Shown here piece by piece: positions 18,639-27,251 of a stretch of DNA of 32,000 nucleotides. This DNA is from an uncultured archaeon (GTDB lineage Archaea > Iainarchaeota > Iainarchaeia > Iainarchaeales > JAAZKV01): NCBI GenBank assembly GCA_964551375.1, contig CAZKBG010000001.1, positions 690,001 through 722,000 of the forward strand, written 5' to 3'. How positions within the stretch are numbered: the stretch's first letter is position 1; the number at the start of each line of letters is the position of its first letter. The notes under the pieces are model-generated. The model did no database searches and was not told where the DNA came from. It was given only the letters and a program-made list of their open reading frames with translations. The translations under genes and the position numbers were made by a program.

Positions 18639-19277
18639 ATGGATGAAGAAGTGCTTGTTATAAAAAGAACCAACTTATTTGGAGAAAAAGATGAAACTGC
18701 TTTTACTGGATTCAAAACTCCAAGTGAATTTAAAATAAGCGAAACTGCAATGAAAAGCGCGCACTTTAGGCTTAGAAAAACAACAAGCCCCAATCAAGAC
18801 AAGCCCGCTGAAGAGGATGCTGATTACAAACAAATCATACCTTATATGATACTCACACACAAAGGAAAAATATTCTGCTTTAAACGAACTCCAAAAGGAA
18901 CTGAAACCCGGCTTCATAACAAATATTCAGTCGGACTTGGAGGACATATTAACAAAATTGATGTTAATGACAAGAAGAATTTGATTGAAGAAGGAATGAA
19001 ACGCGAATTTGAAGAAGAAGTAAAATACAGCGGAAAAACAAAAACAAAAATATTAGGATATATTAATGACGATTCAGGGGATGTTGAAAAAGTACACTTT
19101 GCAATAGTGTACCAAATAGAACTTGAAAATGATGAAGTGACGCTTGGGGAAGAAAAATTAACTGATGGAAAAATGTGCACTTTAAATGAAATCATAGAAA
19201 AAAAAGAATTTCTTGAAAACTGGAGCAAAACCACTATGAGCGCGCTGGAAAAATCAAATAATTCTCTAATAAAATAA
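18639..19277 (+). CDS. NUDIX-domain hydrolase-like protein
   Basis: GLGGHIN...EEGMKREFEEEVKYSG NUDIX-box-like segment. Confidence 0.75.
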   Translation: MDEEVLVIKRTNLFGEKDETAFTGFKTPSEFKISETAMKSAHFRLRKTTSPNQDKPAEEDADYKQIIPYMILTHKGKIFCFKRTPKGTETRLHNKYSVGLGGHINKIDVNDKKNLIEEGMKREFEEEVKYSGKTKTKILGYINDDSGDVEKVHFAIVYQIELENDEVTLGEEKLTDGKMCTLNEIIEKKEFLENWSKTTMSALEKSNNSLIK

Positions 19278-19330
19278 TTCAACAAAAAACGAGCTGCTGG
19301 AAGAAAGAGCCCAAAAAAAGTAATAAAAAA

Positions 19331-20569
19331 TTAAGGATAGAAAATAAACTTGCTGCACATTTCCTTTACTTCAGATTTTATTTTTTTGAGAGCATCAGGC
19401 GAATTCCTGTTTTGAAGAGCGCGATGCATAAAATCCGCAACAATTTTCATTTCTTTTTCCTTCATCCCGCGCGTTGTAAGCGTAGGAGTTCCAATTCTAA
19501 TTCCGCTTGGATCCCAAGGAGAGCGAGAATCATAAGGAATTGTGTTTTTGTTGCAATAAATTCCTGCTGCTTCAAGAGCGTGCTCCGCATCAATCCCAGT
19601 AATTCCACTCTTAAATACATCAACTAAAATCAAATGAGTATCTGTCCCGCCTGAAACAATACGATAACCATTATCTGCAAGAGAACCTGCAAGGGCTTTT
19701 GCATTTTTTACAATTTGAACTGAATAATCTTTAAACTCCGGCTTAAGCGCCTCTCCAAATGCCACAGCTTTTGCTGCAATCACATGCTCATGAGGACCCC
19801 CTTGAAGCCCAGGGAAAACTGCTTTGTCAATTTTTTCGCCAAACTCTTTTTTGCACATAATAAAACCGCTTCTTGGACCGCGAAGAGTCTTGTGAGTGGT
19901 GGAAGAAACTACATCAAAAAAAGGAACTGGATTTTCATGAACGCCTGCCGCGCACAAACCTGAAATGTGAGAAATATCTGCAACACAATACGCTCCCGCT
20001 TCGTCGCAAATCTTTCTGAATTCTTTAAAATCAATTGAGCGGGGATATGCTGTGTAGCCTGAAAGAATTAATTTTGGCTTTTCAAGAAGAACCTGCTTTC
20101 TAATCGCGTCATAATCTAAAAGCTCTGATTCTTTATCCACGTTATACTGAACAAAATTATATGTTTTTCCTGAAAAATTTACTTTATGCCCATGAGTCAA
20201 ATGCCCTCCAGCAATAAGCGCCATGCCCATTGCTTTATCCCCCGGGGAGAGAAGCGCTGAATAAACAGCCATATTTGCAGGAGAGCCAGAATTTGGCTGA
20301 ACATTAACATGCTCCGCGCTGAAAAGCTCTTTTGCCCTATTAATTGCAAGAAGCTCAATTTTATCAATAACTTCATTGCCGCCGTAATATCTTTTTCCCG
20401 GATAGCCTTCAGCATATTTATTTGTTGGATAAGAGCCAAGCGCTTCAAGAACTGCGGGAGAAACTAAGTTTTCTGAAGGAATAAGCTCAAGACCGTTCAT
20501 CTGCCTTTCTTTTTCAGCCAAAATCAAATCATAAATTACTTTATCCTGCTTTTTTATTGCCTCAAACAT
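19331..20569 (-). CDS. glyA: Serine hydroxymethyltransferase
   Basis: [86 protein letters not shown]. Start set at MFEAIKKQD (20569). Confidence 0.96.
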   Translation of the reverse strand: MFEAIKKQDKVIYDLILAEKERQMNGLELIPSENLVSPAVLEALGSYPTNKYAEGYPGKRYYGGNEVIDKIELLAINRAKELFSAEHVNVQPNSGSPANMAVYSALLSPGDKAMGMALIAGGHLTHGHKVNFSGKTYNFVQYNVDKESELLDYDAIRKQVLLEKPKLILSGYTAYPRSIDFKEFRKICDEAGAYCVADISHISGLCAAGVHENPVPFFDVVSSTTHKTLRGPRSGFIMCKKEFGEKIDKAVFPGLQGGPHEHVIAAKAVAFGEALKPEFKDYSVQIVKNAKALAGSLADNGYRIVSGGTDTHLILVDVFKSGITGIDAEHALEAAGIYCNKNTIPYDSRSPWDPSGIRIGTPTLTTRGMKEKEMKIVADFMHRALQNRNSPDALKKIKSEVKEMCSKFIFYP

Positions 20570-20625
20570 AAAAACCCCGACACCCTTAGTATAGATTATT
20601 ATATTTAATCTACTTAAAATATAAT

Positions 20626-21612
20626 ATGCAAACGCCAAAAAATGAACGGCACCAGGAATATCAGTACTTAGACTTATTAAAAGACATAATGGAAAACGGC
20701 ACTGACAAAAAAGACCATAACACAGGAATCAAACTCCGAAGCGTATTTGGCAGAACATCAAGATATGATTTATCAAAAGGATTTCCGCTTTTAACTACAA
20801 AAAAAGTTTACTGGAAAGGAGTTCTTCACGAACTTTACTGGTTCTTATCGGGACAGTCTAATATCAAATACCTTGTGGATAATGACGTGCATATTTGGGA
20901 TGATTATCCTTACAAAATTTACAAAAAGAAAGTTGAAGCAAATAAAGAAACTCCCATGACACAAGCGGAATTTATTTCCAATATTAAAAATGACGCTGAA
21001 TTTGCAAAAAAATGGGGGGAACTACCGCACATTTACGGAGCGCAGTGGAGACACTGGCCTGCAAAAGGAAGAGAAATAGACCAAATCGCCTGGGTTGTTG
21101 ACACACTCAAAAATTTCCCTGAAAGAAAACACGCGGTTGTGAGCGTATGGAATCCTGAATATTTATATGGAATGGCGCTTCCGGGACAAGCACTGAGCTT
21201 CCCATTATGCCACATACTTTTGCACTTCAATGTAAATGACGGCAAATTATCCTGCCTGCTTTACCAGAGAAGCTGCGATGTATTCCTTGGAGTTCCATTT
21301 AACATTGCAAGCTATGCGCTCTTAACAGAAATTATTGCAAAACTATGCGGATACGAGCCGGGCGAATTTATACACATGTATGGAGACACGCATATTTATG
21401 AAAACCACTTTGAACAAGTGAAAGAACAAATGTCAAGAGAGCCAAGACCATTTCCTAAATTAAGAATTTCTGACGAAGCAAAGGACTTAGCATCATTTAG
21501 ACCAGAACATGTAATACTTGAAGATTACAATCCGCACCCTCCAATTAAAGGCGAACTAACTGTTGCGGGCGGATTTGATGAAAAAGACAGATTAGCTAAG
21601 CAGAAAAAATAA
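20626..21612 (+). CDS. thyA: Thymidylate synthase (ThyA type)
   Basis: [68 protein letters not shown]. Confidence 0.95.
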   Translation: MQTPKNERHQEYQYLDLLKDIMENGTDKKDHNTGIKLRSVFGRTSRYDLSKGFPLLTTKKVYWKGVLHELYWFLSGQSNIKYLVDNDVHIWDDYPYKIYKKKVEANKETPMTQAEFISNIKNDAEFAKKWGELPHIYGAQWRHWPAKGREIDQIAWVVDTLKNFPERKHAVVSVWNPEYLYGMALPGQALSFPLCHILLHFNVNDGKLSCLLYQRSCDVFLGVPFNIASYALLTEIIAKLCGYEPGEFIHMYGDTHIYENHFEQVKEQMSREPRPFPKLRISDEAKDLASFRPEHVILEDYNPHPPIKGELTVAGGFDEKDRLAKQKK

Positions 21613-21686
21613 CAAACGGAAAAAATTTAACTTAAAAAGAACTTATTTTTTAAAATTTCAATAAAATCAAATGAAGTGAAATACTA

Positions 21687-22160
21687 ATGGAACTCGAAAT
21701 AATAGCTGCGCTTACAAACACACACATAATAGGACAAAACGGGAGACTGCCTTGGAATATCCCCGCAGATATGAAGCATTTTAAGGAAATCACAACCGGA
21801 ACCGCAGTAATAATGGGAAAAAATACTTGGGAATCACTCCCTGAAAAATTTAAACCCCTGCCAAATAGAGTAAATATTGTAATTTCAAGAACGCTACATG
21901 AGGCAAAAGGAGCGACAATAGCAAGAACACTTGAAGAAGGAGTATATTTGGCGCACAAAGCAGGAAAAAGAGCAATAATTATTGGAGGAGCACAGCTTTA
22001 CACAAGCGCGCTACCCCTAGCAAATGTGCTCCACTTATCATGGATAAAAAAAGAATATCCTGGCGACACTTATTTTCCTAAATTTAACGAAAACGAATGG
22101 AATATTACTGAAGAAAAGGACTTTGGGGAATTTATTTACAAAAAATATGTTAGAAAGTAA
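21687..22160 (+). CDS. folA: Dihydrofolate reductase
   Basis: EIIAALTNTHIIGQNGRLPWNIPADMKHFKEIT, VIMGKNTWESLP, NRVNIVISRT, IIIGGAQLYTSALP. Confidence 0.94.
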   Translation: MELEIIAALTNTHIIGQNGRLPWNIPADMKHFKEITTGTAVIMGKNTWESLPEKFKPLPNRVNIVISRTLHEAKGATIARTLEEGVYLAHKAGKRAIIIGGAQLYTSALPLANVLHLSWIKKEYPGDTYFPKFNENEWNITEEKDFGEFIYKKYVRK

Positions 22161-22185
22161 AACTTGCGTGCGCGAGAGGATTTTT

Positions 22186-22806
22186 ATGAAAACAAAGGCC
22201 TTTGTGATAACTGATAAATGCGAAGAAAATTGCGCTTACTGCTTTCAAGCGCCACAAAAAGATATTACCCTTGAGGAATTTAAAGAACTGCTGAAAAAAG
22301 AACAAACTGAAAATGATGAACTGACTAAAATTGTCATTACAGGAGGAAATCCTGAGCTGAACCCAAATTTTTGGAAAATCTGCGAAACCGTGAAAAGCGC
22401 GGGATTGAAATTAAAAATACATTCAAATTATTTTAATAAAAAAACATGGGAAAAATATGTTAAAATCGCGGATGAACTCTCCATACCAATTGATTCATTA
22501 GACAAAGCATCGCTCCGCGGGGAAGAAAATACAAAAAAAATGCTTGCCGCATTTGATTACTTTTTAGGAAAAATACAAATACAAGTCCACACAGTTGTTG
22601 GGAAAAACAACGCCGCGGAACTTGGCAAAATAAAGGAATTTCTTGAAAAAAAAGGGTTTTTTGAAAAAAACAGCTGGAAGATATTCCGTCTTATTGAAAC
22701 TTCAAGGACAAGGGGATTAAAAATTGCCAACAAAAAATGGGCAAAAATAACCGCAAATTACAAAGGCAAAAATACCCACTTTGTTGAAAATGTCATGGAT
22801 TACTAA
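22186..22806 (+). CDS. Compact radical SAM protein with viperin-like motifs
   Basis: CEENCAYCFQAPQK (CxxxCxxC), IVITGGNPEL, IPIDSLDKASLRG, VHTVVGKNNAAELGKI, SWKIFRLIETSRTRG. Start set at ATG 22186. Confidence 0.75.
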   Translation: MKTKAFVITDKCEENCAYCFQAPQKDITLEEFKELLKKEQTENDELTKIVITGGNPELNPNFWKICETVKSAGLKLKIHSNYFNKKTWEKYVKIADELSIPIDSLDKASLRGEENTKKMLAAFDYFLGKIQIQVHTVVGKNNAAELGKIKEFLEKKGFFEKNSWKIFRLIETSRTRGLKIANKKWAKITANYKGKNTHFVENVMDY

Positions 22807-22838
22807 AAAAAGAAGCCTGCCAAAAAACAAAGGCAAGC
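22805..22838 (-). terminator. Hairpin plus T-tract on the minus strand at the end of the small-gene cluster
   Basis: Minus strand reads GCTTGCC-TTTGTTTTTT-GGCAGGC-TTCTTTTTTT (arms at + strand 22832-22838 and 22815-22821). Confidence 0.4.
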
Positions 22839-22845
22839 AAAGAAA

Positions 22846-22950
22846 TTAGTTCCAAAATCTTTTTACTGACTTTTTTACCAGAACTTTTGGCGCCGCTACT
22901 TTAGGCGTCTGGGAATCAAGCCATATAATTAACTCTTCAAACTCGTGCAC
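22846..22950 (-). CDS. Possible 34-aa small protein
   Basis: GTG start, GGTGG 6 nt upstream, translation MHEFEELIIWLDSQTPKVAAPKVLVKKSVKRFWN*. Not in the ORF track. Confidence 0.25.
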   Translation of the reverse strand: MHEFEELIIWLDSQTPKVAAPKVLVKKSVKRFWN

Positions 22951-22960
22951 CAATAACCAC

Positions 22961-23170
22961 CTACAACAAAAACTTTAGCAAAAAGAGCCCTGCGACAAAA
23001 AAACTAATTGCTATATGAACCATTGTTTTATTTAATTTTACATTAATGTCCGCTGATTTTAAAAATGAATTGAAATCAGATCCAAACTGAAAAATAAAAT
23101 CGCTGGTTAGAATCTGCTTCGACTCAGTTTGGCTCACAATTACATACTGAAACTTATCTTTACTACTCAT
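22961..23170 (-). CDS. Small protein with C-terminal TM (tail-anchored type)
   Basis: GGTGGTGA RBS just upstream of ATG 23170. 69 aa ending MVHIAISFFVAGLFLLKFLL. Confidence 0.5.
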   Translation of the reverse strand: MSSKDKFQYVIVSQTESKQILTSDFIFQFGSDFNSFLKSADINVKLNKTMVHIAISFFVAGLFLLKFLL

Positions 23171-23625
23171 CAACTCACCACCAATAAACTAAGCGAGCCT
23201 AAAGGCAAGGACAAGCTTAATTATACAATTTTTCTCACCAAAAAACTGCAATCCACAATGTAGTAATGGATGGGTTAATATAGGTTATGAAAATATCTAA
23301 AAAAAGCTCTCGGACAAAAACTTTTTGGCAAAAAATAATTTAAAAAAATCCAAAATGACAAAATAAAGAATCGCTTTGCTTAACCTTGCTTAAAAAAAGC
23401 AGTAATTGAGGATATTTTTAAAAATAAAGGAATAAAATTAACTACAAAATTCAAAAAACGAGCAAAAAATGTCCCACATATTGTGATTTTATGATTTTAG
23501 CCACCGGCAAAACGGCTCGTTAGTGATTTAAAAACAACGAAACAATAATTAGTGTGCTTAGACGCTCACGGGCAGCAAAGTATGCCAATACTTCAGCTCA
23601 AAAAAGTGTCAAGCGAGGTGAAACA

Positions 23626-24579
23626 ATGGCTAAGAAGATTGAAACAATAGAAGACCTGCCAGGAGTAGGAGAAACTGCAGCTAAGAAACTACAAGACGCA
23701 GGATACAAATCAATGGAACAAATAGCAACAGCAAGCGCAAGCGAACTGCGCGAAGTTGCGGGACTTGGGGAAGGAACTGCAGAAAAAGCAATCAAAGCCG
23801 CAAGAGACGCGCTTGATATGGGCTTTGAAACTGCGGATGTTCTTGCAGAGAAAAGAAAACTTGTTGGAAGATTAACCACCGGCTCAAAAGAACTTGACAA
23901 TTTAATAGGCGGAGGAATAGAAACCCAAAGCATTACTGAAGTATACGGAAAAATGGCAAGCGGCAAATCACAATGGTGCTTTCAAACATCAGTAACAGTA
24001 CAACTGCCAAAAGAACAAGGCGGGCTTGAAGGCGGGTGCTTATACATTGATTCTGAAAACTCATTTCGACCCGAGAGAGTAATACAAGCAGCAAAAAGAT
24101 TTGGAATGGACCCTGATTCAGTTCTAAAAAATGTATATGTTGCAAGAGCATACAACGCAGAACACCAAATGATACTTGCGGATAAAGCCGCTGAAATGGT
24201 CAGCGAAAAAAATATCAAACTAGTAATTGTTGATTCACTGACTGCACAATTCCGCTCAGAATTTGTGGGAAGAGGGACACTTGCAGCAAGACAACAAAAA
24301 CTAAACCAGCACATGAGATCGCTGCAAAAACTTGCTGAAATGAAAAACGTGGCAGTTCTTGTAACAAACCAAGTAATGTCAAGACCGGATATTTTATTTG
24401 GAGACCCTACCGAACCAGTCGGGGGAAACGTAGTGGGCCACGCAAGCAAAACAAGACTATATTTGCGAAAAAGCAAAGAAGACAAGAGAGTGGCAAAACT
24501 TGTGGATTCGCCATCGCTTCCTGACGGAGAGGCTCTTTATAGAATCACTGAAAACGGAATTGAAGATATTGAAGAATAA
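23626..24579 (+). CDS. radA: DNA repair and recombination protein RadA
   Basis: HhH DLPGVGETAAKKLQDAGY, Walker A GKMASGKSQWCFQ, YIDSENSFRPERV, LVIVDSLTAQFRSEF, VLVTNQVMSRPD. True start at 23626 (MAKKIETIED) after GAGGTGA; the track ORF is 24 codons too long. Confidence 0.97.
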   Translation: MAKKIETIEDLPGVGETAAKKLQDAGYKSMEQIATASASELREVAGLGEGTAEKAIKAARDALDMGFETADVLAEKRKLVGRLTTGSKELDNLIGGGIETQSITEVYGKMASGKSQWCFQTSVTVQLPKEQGGLEGGCLYIDSENSFRPERVIQAAKRFGMDPDSVLKNVYVARAYNAEHQMILADKAAEMVSEKNIKLVIVDSLTAQFRSEFVGRGTLAARQQKLNQHMRSLQKLAEMKNVAVLVTNQVMSRPDILFGDPTEPVGGNVVGHASKTRLYLRKSKEDKRVAKLVDSPSLPDGEALYRITENGIEDIEE

Positions 24580-24644
24580 ACGAAAGCAGCAAAATTTAAT
24601 TGCACAAAATTTGCGGGAAAAGGAAAAACACTTTTCTCGCGAAA

Positions 24645-25085
24645 CTATTTTTCCAAAATCTTTTTTAAAATATCCACCTTAGCTTGTGGAAAATTCTCAT
24701 TATGCTTTTCAACCCTGTGAAAGTCAACGCCTGAAAAAGAAATTGAAAGATTTTTATCAAGAGACATTATGGTACAAGTAAACTCTCCTTCGCCCTTGCC
24801 GCACTTGCTGCAAAAAAAAGGATGATTAAAAAGAATTGTGCTCTTAAAGGGCTTTCCCCCGTTTTCATAAGGCTTTAGAAAAGCGCTTTCAGAAAATTCA
24901 GCGCCATTTGCTTTATACTTGCCAATTGCAACAATAGTGTCCCTTAAAGGAGATGATTTAAGCGAATTTAAAATCGAAACAAGATTTTTTGGAACCGCAT
25001 AAAACTCGTCAGGAAGCATTACATCCTTAAGCGAATTAACCTGTTTCAATAATTTCTGGGACTCGCTTGGCTTTACCATATACAA
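24645..25085 (-). CDS. Hypothetical protein with CxxC motif
   Basis: Single ORF filling the gap. Contains HPFFCSKCGKGEGEFTCTIM. Confidence 0.6.
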   Translation of the reverse strand: MYMVKPSESQKLLKQVNSLKDVMLPDEFYAVPKNLVSILNSLKSSPLRDTIVAIGKYKANGAEFSESAFLKPYENGGKPFKSTILFNHPFFCSKCGKGEGEFTCTIMSLDKNLSISFSGVDFHRVEKHNENFPQAKVDILKKILEK

Positions 25086-25152
25086 AATAGAAAAACAAAG
25101 TATTTAACAATTAAACTTACCGGGTTAATTTTAGCATATTTTAATGAAGGGT

Positions 25153-25503
25153 TTATTTTCCAGCGCGCCTATTACGCATAGCCCAAGTCAATACCTTTGC
25201 CTTGCTTTTGCGAACACTTTTTAACAAAGGTTTTCTCTGTTTAATTCTTTTATGAAGAAGCTGGCTTTGATTTAAATGAGAATGAAAATACTCATTATAC
25301 ATAAGAGCCTCTTTTTGGCTGGCTTTTGAACCAGCAACAACTCGATTTGCCGCGTTATTTGCAATCGCGGATTTAAAAGCAGCTTTTTTTAAACGCAAAT
25401 CTAAAGAGTTTGCGCGCAGTTTGCGCCTCACAGGACTCATACGCATACGCGTTTTATGAATTCTAATAACCGCTCTTGCCACAGTCCTTTTTACCACTGA
25501 CAC
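25153..25503 (-). CDS. Small highly basic protein of unknown function (possible nucleic-acid binding)
   Basis: 116 aa, Arg/Lys-rich (MSVVKRTVARAVIRIHKTRMRMSPVRRKLRAN...LTWAMRNRRAGK), between two coding genes on the same strand. Confidence 0.65.
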   Translation of the reverse strand: MSVVKRTVARAVIRIHKTRMRMSPVRRKLRANSLDLRLKKAAFKSAIANNAANRVVAGSKASQKEALMYNEYFHSHLNQSQLLHKRIKQRKPLLKSVRKSKAKVLTWAMRNRRAGK

Positions 25504-25509
25504 AAAAAA

Positions 25510-26619
25510 TCACTTAGCATAATTTAATTCAAATTCTTTTTTAAGCTTCTCAAAATTATTTTCTTTAATTGCAACGCGGATGTCTTTGATTAAATTTGCA
25601 ATAAAAAAAGTATTATGATAACTTAACAGCATCAAGCCGTTCTGCTCATAAGTTTTAAACAAATGATGAAGGTACGCACGGGAATGATTTTTGCAAACAA
25701 AACAATTACACTTTGAATCAAGCGGTTCAAAAGATTCCTTATGAACTGCCCTGTCAATTTTAATCTGCCCTTTGTGAGTAAAAATCAAGCCATGCCGAGC
25801 CATTCTTGTCGGATAGGCTGAATCAAAAATATCCACTCCGCGCTCCACTAAATTTAAAATTTCAAGGGGAGAACCCACCCCCATTAAATACACAGGGAGG
25901 TTTTCGCTGATTATTTCTTTTGTGATTTGCGTCATATCATACATGCTCTTTGGATTTTCACCAATGCACAACCCGCCGACTGCGATTCCGTCAAAACCAA
26001 TTGCTTCAATGCTTACTGCTGATTTTTTTCTCAAATCAGGAAATGTCCCCCCTTGGGTAATTCCAAACAACAGTTGATTTTTATTTTTGTGGGCTTCTTT
26101 ACAGCGCAATGCCCATTCAGTAGTTCGAATCATTGCATCAAAATATTCCTCTCTTGATTTTCCAAAATGCACAAGGTGATCAAGACACATGGCAACATCA
26201 CTGCCAAGCGAATTTTGAATCTGAACTGCGCGCTCAGGAGTAATTAATTCAACGCTTTTATCAAAAGGGTTCTTGAAATAAACCCCCTTATCTGTCAAGT
26301 GATCTACAAAAGTTTCCGACAAGAGCTGAAAGCCGCCCGAGTCAGTGAAGAGAGCGCCGTTCCAGCCGAAGAACTTATGCAAGCCATCTGCTTTTTTTAC
26401 CAAATCAATTCCCGGCTTTAAATAATTTACAAAAGCATTTGTAATCAAACAATTAACTCCCATATCCTTTTCAAGTTCAGGATGAGTCACAAACTTTACC
26501 GCGCCTTTTGTAGCAACAGGCATGAAAAAGGGAGTTTCTAATTTTTTATGATGAGTAAAAAGAATGCCCGCACGCGCGCTTGAATTTTTGGATTTAGTTG
26601 TAATTTCAAAGCAACTCAT
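25510..26619 (-). CDS. tgt: tRNA-guanine transglycosylase, bacterial-like single-domain type
   Basis: ETPFFMPVATKGAVK, FTDSGGFQLLS, LFGITQGGTFPDLR, GIAVGGLCIGE, PVYLMGVGSP, DSAYPTRMARHG, zinc site CNCFVCKNHSRAYLHHLF. Start set at MSCFEITTKS because the upstream 50 codons run into the SRP RNA. Confidence 0.9.
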   Translation of the reverse strand: MSCFEITTKSKNSSARAGILFTHHKKLETPFFMPVATKGAVKFVTHPELEKDMGVNCLITNAFVNYLKPGIDLVKKADGLHKFFGWNGALFTDSGGFQLLSETFVDHLTDKGVYFKNPFDKSVELITPERAVQIQNSLGSDVAMCLDHLVHFGKSREEYFDAMIRTTEWALRCKEAHKNKNQLLFGITQGGTFPDLRKKSAVSIEAIGFDGIAVGGLCIGENPKSMYDMTQITKEIISENLPVYLMGVGSPLEILNLVERGVDIFDSAYPTRMARHGLIFTHKGQIKIDRAVHKESFEPLDSKCNCFVCKNHSRAYLHHLFKTYEQNGLMLLSYHNTFFIANLIKDIRVAIKENNFEKLKKEFELNYAK

Positions 26620-26671
26620 ACCAATTACCCTAATAAGTAGTCTTTTAATTATTTCAAACCACAGATATTTC

Positions 26672-26937
26672 GGACTAGACTGGGCCGCTAGCGGTGGCTT
26701 GTAACCGGAAATCCGCTTTATGCCGGGGTTGAAGCTGGGGAAGAGGTTCGTAAGCTCTGCAGACACCATGCTGTTAGCGTCGAAGCTCTGTCCTTACAGG
26801 TGTTTTTTTAAAATGAACTCCGCCAGGGCAGGAATGCAGCAACGGTAGTTTTAGAAGAAGACGCTGAAGGGAAACGGAGTGGAGTTAGCGGTATGAAATG
26901 CCTGCAATGCCTGAAAAATCCATTTTCCAGCACGTCC
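26672..26937 (+). ncRNA. Archaeal 7S signal recognition particle RNA
   Basis: 5' domain CTAGACTGGGCCGCTAGCGGTGGCTTGTAACCGGAAATCCGCTTTATGCCGGGGTTGAAG. Helix 8 core CGCCAGGGCAGGAATGCAGCAACGG (26821-26844). Long-range helix GCTGGGGAA (26734-26742) with TTTTCCAGC (26923-26931). Terminal GGAC/GTCC pairing then a T-run. Confidence 0.9.
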
Positions 26938-27030
26938 TTTTTCTACATAAATTGTTAATTAAACCAATTTTAAGCTATTTAATGGCAAAAATAACCTGTG
27001 CCGGCAAAGAAGCGGGGCTTTGAAGGAACG

Positions 27031-27038
27031 TTTATATA
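27031..27038 (+). promoter_or_regulatory. TATA box for the Lys-rich small-protein gene
   Basis: TTTATATA ~40 nt upstream of ATG 27077. Confidence 0.5.
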
Positions 27039-27076
27039 CTAAAAACGCTTTTATTTAATTAATACAAGGGGTCGAA

Positions 27077-27250
27077 ATGGTTTTCGAGAAAAAAATGTCT
27101 GTCAAAGACCTTATTGAACAAATGCGGGAAGAACTGCGAAACGAGCAGGAACAAAAAGAAACGTCACAAAAACCTGCAAAGAAGGGCAAAGCAAAGCCTA
27201 AGAAAGCTAAAAAGGCAAAAGCTAAGCCAAAAAAGAAAAAGAAGAAGTAA
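27077..27250 (+). CDS. 57-aa protein with histone-H1-like Lys/Ala/Pro tail
   Basis: ATG...TAA gives MVFEKKMSVKDLIEQMREELRNEQEQKETSQKPAKKGKAKPKKAKKAKAKPKKKKKKK*. Preceded by a TATA box. Below the length cutoff of the supplied ORF track. Confidence 0.6.
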   Translation: MVFEKKMSVKDLIEQMREELRNEQEQKETSQKPAKKGKAKPKKAKKAKAKPKKKKKK

Positions 27251-27251
27251 A

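Noticed and set aside
23180-23625. Possible structured leader RNA or C/D-box sRNA upstream of radA
   Set aside because: Short inverted segments (GCCACCGGCAAAACGGCTCG) and TGATTTTATGATTTTAG were seen, but no convincing C/D boxes or extended helix; left unannotated.
23982-24485. 167-aa antisense ORF in radA
   Set aside because: Complement of the conserved RadA ATPase core.
26620-26769. N-terminal 50-aa extension of the tgt ORF
   Set aside because: Overlaps the SRP RNA and lacks similarity to Tgt N-termini; start reassigned to 26619.
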